Shown one piece after another: positions 16,842 through 21,569 of a DNA stretch of 21,569 nt (position 1 is the first letter of the stretch; each line of letters opens with the position of its first letter). Under the pieces are notes generated by a model that had not been told where the DNA came from, did no database searches, and saw nothing but the letters and a program-made list of their open reading frames with translations. A program made the position numbers and the translations under genes. The DNA comes from a virus. Taxonomy: Duplodnaviria > Heunggongvirae > Uroviricota > Caudoviricetes. The stretch lies in the IMG/VR virus record IMGVR_UViG_3300028995_000043, one strand, 5' to 3'.

Positions 16842-18611
16842 ATGGATAATGAATTTTATACCCTCCTGACCAATAGAGGGATGGCAAAAATTGCCAGTGC
16901 TCTTGCGGATAAAAAACAACTGCATCTGCAAAAGATGGCCGTTGGAGACGGCGGTGGGCAATATTATGAACCCACGGCGAGTCAAACTAAATTACGCCAT
17001 GAGGTCTGGCGCGGTGATTTAAATACATTAACAGTTGCGCCCAATAATCCTAGCTGGTTAATTGCGGAACTTGTACTGCCCGAAAATATCGGCGGCTGGT
17101 ATATACGTGAAGTCGGCGTTTTTGATACCGATGGTGAACTCATTGCTATCGGTAAATTCCCGGAGTCGTATAAACCGCTATTACCCGGCGGCTGCGGTAA
17201 GCAAGTTTGCATTCGTCTCATTATGGAAGTGTCCAACACGACTGCGGTAACACTCACCGTTGATCCCAGTATTGTGCTGGCAACACGGGATTACGTCGAT
17301 TCGCAACTGGATGAACACGAACATTCGACTAACCACCCTGATGCTACATTGACACAAAAAGGCTTTACGCAGTTGAGTAACGCCACTGACAGTGATGACG
17401 AAACCAAAGCGGCTACGCCAAAAGCGGTGAAAGCGGCACTGATTGAGGCTCGAAATCATCGTCATACCTGGAGTCAGATTACTGATATACCAGATGGCAC
17501 ACTGACGCAAAAAGGGATTGTGAAGCTTAGTAACGCGACCAATAGCAACAGCACGACAGAGGCGGCGACTCCGAGCGCGGTGAAGGCGGCATATGACCTG
17601 GCGAATAGTAAGGCTGCGGGTAGTCATACGCACCCCTGGGGACAGATTACGAGTATTCCTGACGGTACCCTGACACAAAAAGGGATTGTGAAACTTAATA
17701 ACGCGACCAATAGCAACAGTACGACGGAGGCGGCGACACCGAGCGCGGTGAAGGCGGCATATGACCTGGCGAATAGTAAGGCTGCGGGAAACCATACTCA
17801 CCCATGGGGACAGATTACGGGTGTTCCAGACGGCACCCTGTCGCAAAAAGGGATTGTGAAGCTTAATAACGCGACGGATAGCAACAGTACGACGGAGGCG
17901 GCGACACCGAGCGCGGTGAAGGCGGCGTATGATAAAGCCTGTGAGGCATATAGCAGGATTAACAATTCCTCATTCCGATTCTATACATCAAATGGAACAT
18001 TTACCGTGCCAGCTGGAGTGACAGAAATACTTCTGGAAATGTCAGGCGGCGGAGGGGGCGGTGGAGGTGGGGCAGTCGCCGGAAGCTCGACAATGCTGAA
18101 TCCAAAATTTGGACTAGGCGGCGGAGCAGGAAAACCCGGTGAACTGATAATTGCCTCTCTCACAGTTAAACCCGGAGATATGTATTCCTTTACAGTTGGG
18201 TCCGGAGGGGCTGGAGGGGCTGGAGGTACACAGGTGATACCAGAGCGTGGTCCGGGATGGATTCCCGAAGATGCAATGGGGCAAGCAGGTATTCCAGGAG
18301 GAGCATCACATTTTTCTTCACAGAGTGCTTCCGGCGGTGCTGGTGGGGGGGGAGGTAAAATCATAACTATCGACTCCCCGCACGCCAACTCAGTAGGAGA
18401 GGTTCCCAAAACATACTCCAGCAACGGTGAAACTGCAGTAAATACTCCTTATGGAAAAGGGGGCTTGGGAGGAGCGAATAGTGATGGTCAATCCGGCTCT
18501 GGTTATGGGGCGGGAGGTGGGGGAGGGGCTGGTTTAGGATCAACTTGGGTAAACCACGTTGCCCGCAATGGCGGTCGTGGCTTGGGTGGTTATATAAAAA
18601 TTTTATGGTGA
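16842..18611 (+). CDS. Tail fibre protein (P2 gpH-like N-terminus, tandem fibre repeats, glycine-rich C-terminal region)
   Basis: N-terminal ~170 aa align closely with P2 gpH (MAVGDGGG...HEVWR...IAELV.P...GG...RE.G..D..G.LIA...ESYKP...ATRDYVD...EHE.S..HPDA.LT.KGFTQLS.AT.S); four ~56-aa repeats (TQKGIVKL.NATNSNSTTEAATPSAVKAAYDLA); C-terminal ~190 aa extremely Gly-rich. Confidence 0.85.
   Translation: MDNEFYTLLTNRGMAKIASALADKKQLHLQKMAVGDGGGQYYEPTASQTKLRHEVWRGDLNTLTVAPNNPSWLIAELVLPENIGGWYIREVGVFDTDGELIAIGKFPESYKPLLPGGCGKQVCIRLIMEVSNTTAVTLTVDPSIVLATRDYVDSQLDEHEHSTNHPDATLTQKGFTQLSNATDSDDETKAATPKAVKAALIEARNHRHTWSQITDIPDGTLTQKGIVKLSNATNSNSTTEAATPSAVKAAYDLANSKAAGSHTHPWGQITSIPDGTLTQKGIVKLNNATNSNSTTEAATPSAVKAAYDLANSKAAGNHTHPWGQITGVPDGTLSQKGIVKLNNATDSNSTTEAATPSAVKAAYDKACEAYSRINNSSFRFYTSNGTFTVPAGVTEILLEMSGGGGGGGGGAVAGSSTMLNPKFGLGGGAGKPGELIIASLTVKPGDMYSFTVGSGGAGGAGGTQVIPERGPGWIPEDAMGQAGIPGGASHFSSQSASGGAGGGGGKIITIDSPHANSVGEVPKTYSSNGETAVNTPYGKGGLGGANSDGQSGSGYGAGGGGGAGLGSTWVNHVARNGGRGLGGYIKILW
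17337..17935 (+). repeat. Tandem 168-bp coding repeats within the tail fibre gene (4 copies; middle two near-identical)
   Basis: Repeat units start at ~17337 (degenerate), 17490, 17658 and 17826, an exact 168-bp period for the last three; each encodes DGTL(T/S)QKGIVKL(S/N)NAT(N/D)SNSTTEAATPSAVKAAYD..., with HTHPWGQIT in the middle copies. Confidence 0.9.
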
Positions 18612-18615
18612 ACAG

Positions 18616-19221
18616 ATGACACGATATGCGTATTACCATCCGGTAACCTTTGAGGTTATTGACTGGATAGATGCAGCCTCTTTTACTGTGGAATTACCTG
18701 ATTCAGTAATTCCTGTAGATGATGAGCAGTGGCAGTTAAAAGATAAACCATGCTGGATATGTCTTGACCCATTCAAAATTATCACTACGCCACCTCCGGA
18801 TAACTTTTATATCTTAGAGGATGATAAATGGGTGTATAACAAGACGTTATTTACCGTTGCACTGGAGAATACCAAGGCTCAGGTTACACAGGAAATAAAA
18901 AATCGACGTGATGAAATAACAGTAGATTGCATCATCATCAACAACCATCACTTCCACAGTGATACAAATAGCCGTATCCAACAGCTTTCACTCACTAAAA
19001 TGGGAGCGGAGAAAAAAATCCCTCCAGGTTTAATGTGGAAAACTAAAAATAACGGTCTGATCGAGTTAACCAACGAAATCGCCGCCCAGTTTGAATCGGT
19101 CACCATGGATCACGATATGCGCCTGTTCGCCAATGCCCAGCACCATATCGCGGCGGTGGAAGCACTGGACGATATTCAGGCGGTGCTCGACTACGATTAT
19201 TCAACAGGCTGGCAACCATGA
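18616..19221 (+). CDS. Tail fibre assembly protein (Tfa / P2 gpG / Mu U-like)
   Basis: 201-aa ORF immediately after the fibre gene; size and position typical of tail fibre assembly chaperones. Confidence 0.7.
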   Translation: MTRYAYYHPVTFEVIDWIDAASFTVELPDSVIPVDDEQWQLKDKPCWICLDPFKIITTPPPDNFYILEDDKWVYNKTLFTVALENTKAQVTQEIKNRRDEITVDCIIINNHHFHSDTNSRIQQLSLTKMGAEKKIPPGLMWKTKNNGLIELTNEIAAQFESVTMDHDMRLFANAQHHIAAVEALDDIQAVLDYDYSTGWQP

Positions 19222-19673
19222 GTAAAACCACTGTCTGGCTCGCTTGTTATAAGGGCCGAACAGAGCACCGTGGTATTGCCCGACTGGCTGACTGGCTTAC
19301 CCGTAAAATCACACGTGGTCATTATTCCCACTGTGAATTAGCCATTAAGCATGGTGAAAAGAGTTACCTTTGTTACTCCGCATCACTGCGCGATCGCGGT
19401 GTACGCGGAAAAATAATGCCATTGCCAGCGGATAAGTGGGATATGCTGCCGCTCCAGGCCAGCCTTCAGGATGTGGAAACTTTTTTCCGTAAACATGATG
19501 GCAAAAAATATGACTGGCGCGGAGCATTAGGAATTATTACCGGTAATAAAGAACAGCGCGATCGCCTGTTTTGCAGTGAATTTTGTGCTGAATTTCTGCA
19601 ACTGAAGGAAAGCTGGCGCTATTCTCCAAACCACTTGTACGCTTTAGTCAGCAGTTGGCAATACCAGCAATAA
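19218..19673 (+). CDS. Hypothetical protein with permuted-papain-like His/Cys signature (possible NlpC/P60-superfamily thiol enzyme)
   Basis: 151-aa ORF translationally coupled to the Tfa gene (ATGA overlap); contains GHYSHCE early and FCSEFCAEF late, an order reminiscent of LRAT/PPPDE-type permuted papain folds. Family assignment is tentative. Confidence 0.5.
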   Translation: MSKTTVWLACYKGRTEHRGIARLADWLTRKITRGHYSHCELAIKHGEKSYLCYSASLRDRGVRGKIMPLPADKWDMLPLQASLQDVETFFRKHDGKKYDWRGALGIITGNKEQRDRLFCSEFCAEFLQLKESWRYSPNHLYALVSSWQYQQ

Positions 19674-19677
19674 ATCA

Positions 19678-19698
19678 CGCCGGGCTTTATGCCCGGCG
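19678..19698. terminator. Hairpin between convergent tail operon and NTase operon (putative bidirectional terminator)
   Basis: 8-bp GC-rich stem cgccgggc/gcccggcg with loop tttat, overlapping the NTase stop codon; modest U-richness downstream on the minus strand. Confidence 0.4.
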
Positions 19699-20487
19699 CA
19701 TTACCGTTTGATACAGCAAATTATCTAGCTCCCGAACATCTCCATCTCGACTGTCCGGTAAAATCGGCGGAATTTCCCCACGCGCCAGCTCCGCGCGAAT
19801 AAACGCATGTAACAAAGGACGGCGCGGACCATATTCCGCTTCTCCCGCGCGCTGTTTACGTTCCAGCAGTTCGTCTATTTCTGCACGTAACGGTGCATCA
19901 AGCTCGCTTCCCGCCAGTAACTCGGCAAAGCGCATTGGCGGCACACCTTTACCCGCTTCGACCCAGCGCACGGCCAGCAGCGGACGCAGCACGTAAAAGT
20001 ATTTTTTCAGTCGAACTTCATCGCCCTGCAAATAGCCGCGGAAGTTTTTCTGCGCCATCGAATAGTAATGCCAGCGTGCACGCAACGAAGAAAACCACAT
20101 TGGCACCATTGCCTTAAGCGCCGTTATCGTTTCTTCATCTTGTTGATAGACCACCGGAGAATCCAGCCATTCTATTAGCGTCGGATTCGCGCCTTTCAAT
20201 AATCCCAGCGCCTTACGCCACTCCCAACCGGAAACATCTAACTCGTCGTCGATAGGCAGTTCGATAACATCGCGCGGTGACTCTACACGCAGATACCATT
20301 CCAGCGGATGGACATACAAAAACCGTACATCGTAGTCGCTATCGGGCGAGGCAAATCCCCAGCCGCGGCTGCCTGATTCGCAGGCGTACAGCACTTTCAC
20401 GCCATAGCGACATTCTATTTCTTTTAACTGCTGCGATACCCGTTCGCGCATCGCAGCACTGACTCCATTTAATGGCATTTGACTCAT
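19687..20487 (-). CDS. Pol-beta-superfamily nucleotidyltransferase (minimal NTase fold; RlaP-like candidate)
   Basis: 266 aa; classic NTase signature GSRGWGFASPDSDYDVRF (G[GS]x9-13 DxD); AAAGGA Shine-Dalgarno; start overlaps the stop of the upstream SPFH gene by 4 nt (ATGA). Confidence 0.85.
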   Translation of the reverse strand: MSQMPLNGVSAAMRERVSQQLKEIECRYGVKVLYACESGSRGWGFASPDSDYDVRFLYVHPLEWYLRVESPRDVIELPIDDELDVSGWEWRKALGLLKGANPTLIEWLDSPVVYQQDEETITALKAMVPMWFSSLRARWHYYSMAQKNFRGYLQGDEVRLKKYFYVLRPLLAVRWVEAGKGVPPMRFAELLAGSELDAPLRAEIDELLERKQRAGEAEYGPRRPLLHAFIRAELARGEIPPILPDSRDGDVRELDNLLYQTVMRRA

Positions 20488-21569
20488 CCTTTGATATTCA
20501 CTAACCCGTGCAGAACCTGATCCAGACCACCAAATACAGAGATGTTATCGATCCGCTCAGCCACTCTCTCCAGCGTTTCCAGCTCTTTTAAACGCAACGC
20601 TACCGGATTGTTCTCCATGACTTTTGCGGTGTTCAGTAACGAGCGCGTCGCTGCCGTTTCTTCACGTCGGCGAATCACATTGGCCTGCGCAGATTTCTCT
20701 GCCTCAACCAGCTGCGCGAGGATATTTTTCATATCACCAGGCAGGACGATATCTTTCACCCCTAATGAGGCAATCTCCATACCAAATGGCAACATACGCG
20801 ATTTCACCTGTTCGCTGACAACGTCATCAATGACTTGTTTATCTTCCAGCAACTCATCCAGCGTACGCGTACCTACCGCTTCACGCAGTGCAAATTGCAA
20901 TTCCCGATACAAATGATCAATCGGCTTCGTTAACTGACTAAATGCCAATAACACGTCGCTGTAGCGCCAGTTAGCGGCGAGATTAATCCGCAGATTGACC
21001 TTATCTTTCGTTAAGATTTCTTGCCCGCTGACTTCCAGTACCTGCAAGCGGGTGTCAACCACTTCAGCTTCAACCAGATGGTTAATTTTCCAGTACGCAG
21101 TCAGCCCCGGCGGTAACAGCGCCTGCGTTTCACCATCGATTTTCAGTACACCTACGTGCCAGGCCGGAACCTGCACCGTCAGTATCGCATCGCGGCCTTT
21201 AACTACCCCTTTGCGCCGTGGCTGCAATACCGCATTCATCACCTCCGTTTGAACCTGGACTTGCTGCGTACTCATCCGCACCAGCGTCAAATCATCCTCT
21301 ACACGCCAGTACAAACGACGTGTTGATGGCGGCAGGATCTCCAGCAAAATACCGTCCATATACAACGCCCCGGCTTCAGTCTCCGACAAGTCGGCCACCA
21401 CGCAATATCTTTCCACCCACTCTGGCTGAAAGCGGCGCAAATAATCCGCCAGCACGTCGGGAACTTCGCTGCCATCGAGCGTAATCAGCAAAACTTCTGG
21501 CGTATTTAACCAGGGTAAAAGATGCTCGCCTGCATGCAGCACTTTGTAGTAATCGCCATTTCTGGAGAG
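20484..21569 (-). CDS. SPFH/band-7 (stomatin/prohibitin-like) domain protein with N-terminal extension; 5'-partial at window edge
   Basis: C-terminal ~200 aa align with stomatin-type SPFH domains (TKDKVNLRINLAANWRY; TLDELLEDKQVIDDVVSEQV...GMEIASLGVKDIVLPGDMKNILAQLVEAEKSAQANVIRRREETAATRSLLNTAKVMENNPVALRLKELETLERVAERIDNISVFG). The frame stays open to the window end, so the true start is probably beyond 21569. Confidence 0.85.
   Translation of the reverse strand, partial: LSRNGDYYKVLHAGEHLLPWLNTPEVLLITLDGSEVPDVLADYLRRFQPEWVERYCVVADLSETEAGALYMDGILLEILPPSTRRLYWRVEDDLTLVRMSTQQVQVQTEVMNAVLQPRRKGVVKGRDAILTVQVPAWHVGVLKIDGETQALLPPGLTAYWKINHLVEAEVVDTRLQVLEVSGQEILTKDKVNLRINLAANWRYSDVLLAFSQLTKPIDHLYRELQFALREAVGTRTLDELLEDKQVIDDVVSEQVKSRMLPFGMEIASLGVKDIVLPGDMKNILAQLVEAEKSAQANVIRRREETAATRSLLNTAKVMENNPVALRLKELETLERVAERIDNISVFGGLDQVLHGLVNIKG

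Larger units (their letters stand above)
4033..19673 (+). other. Mu-like tail-only gene cluster with lysis cassette and Mor-family activator (candidate tailocin / tail-only prophage remnant)
   Basis: Contiguous regulator, SOS box, lysis genes and a full contractile tail gene set, with overlapping or coupled starts and stops throughout; no head, packaging, replication or integration genes between the lysis and tail genes or elsewhere in the window. Confidence 0.6.

Noticed and set aside
17337-17935. Tandem repeats considered as a possible CRISPR array or diversity-generating retroelement target
   Set aside because: The repeats are in-frame, 168 bp long with no unique spacers, and encode a conserved fibre motif; no cas genes or reverse transcriptase are present in the window.
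17181-18424. Minus-strand ORFs of 221 aa (17181-17846) and 147 aa (17981-18424, proline-rich) within the fibre gene
   Set aside because: They mirror the fibre tandem repeats and the Gly-rich codon runs (GGN read antisense as NCC gives Pro); composition artefacts, not genes.
16842-19221. Possible Mu-type invertible G segment (alternate fibre/Tfa pairs with an invertase)
   Set aside because: Only one fibre gene and one Tfa gene are present, both on the plus strand, with no inverted duplicate C-terminal cassettes and no recombinase gene nearby.

Overview
Enterobacterial (E. coli-like) chromosomal window, judged from the pgi and lysC products. The left ~4 kb is core genome: a REP element and intrinsic terminator, pgi (minus strand), the divergent pgi-lysC control region carrying the lysC leader lysine riboswitch, and lysC (plus strand). 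Directly after a hairpin downstream of lysC lies a ~15.6 kb accessory block (about 4033-19673). It comprises a Mor/C-family activator gene transcribed leftward, a ~540 bp AT-rich control region with a near-consensus LexA (SOS) box, a lysis cassette, and a complete, tightly coupled contractile-tail module in Mu-like gene order. No capsid, portal, terminase, replication or integration genes are present in the window, so this is a candidate SOS-inducible phage tail-like bacteriocin (tailocin) or, alternatively, a tail-only prophage remnant. The tail fibre gene carries four tandem 168-bp repeats and a long glycine-rich C-terminal region. At the distal end are a small gene coupled to the tail-fibre assembly gene with a permuted-papain-like His/Cys signature, and, convergent to it, a two-gene operon of an SPFH/band-7 protein overlapping a Pol-beta-type nucleotidyltransferase. 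That pairing recalls computationally predicted RNA-repair/conflict modules and is a plausible cargo defence system; the SPFH gene runs off the window edge. All family assignments are by eye from the translations and sequence; no database search was run.
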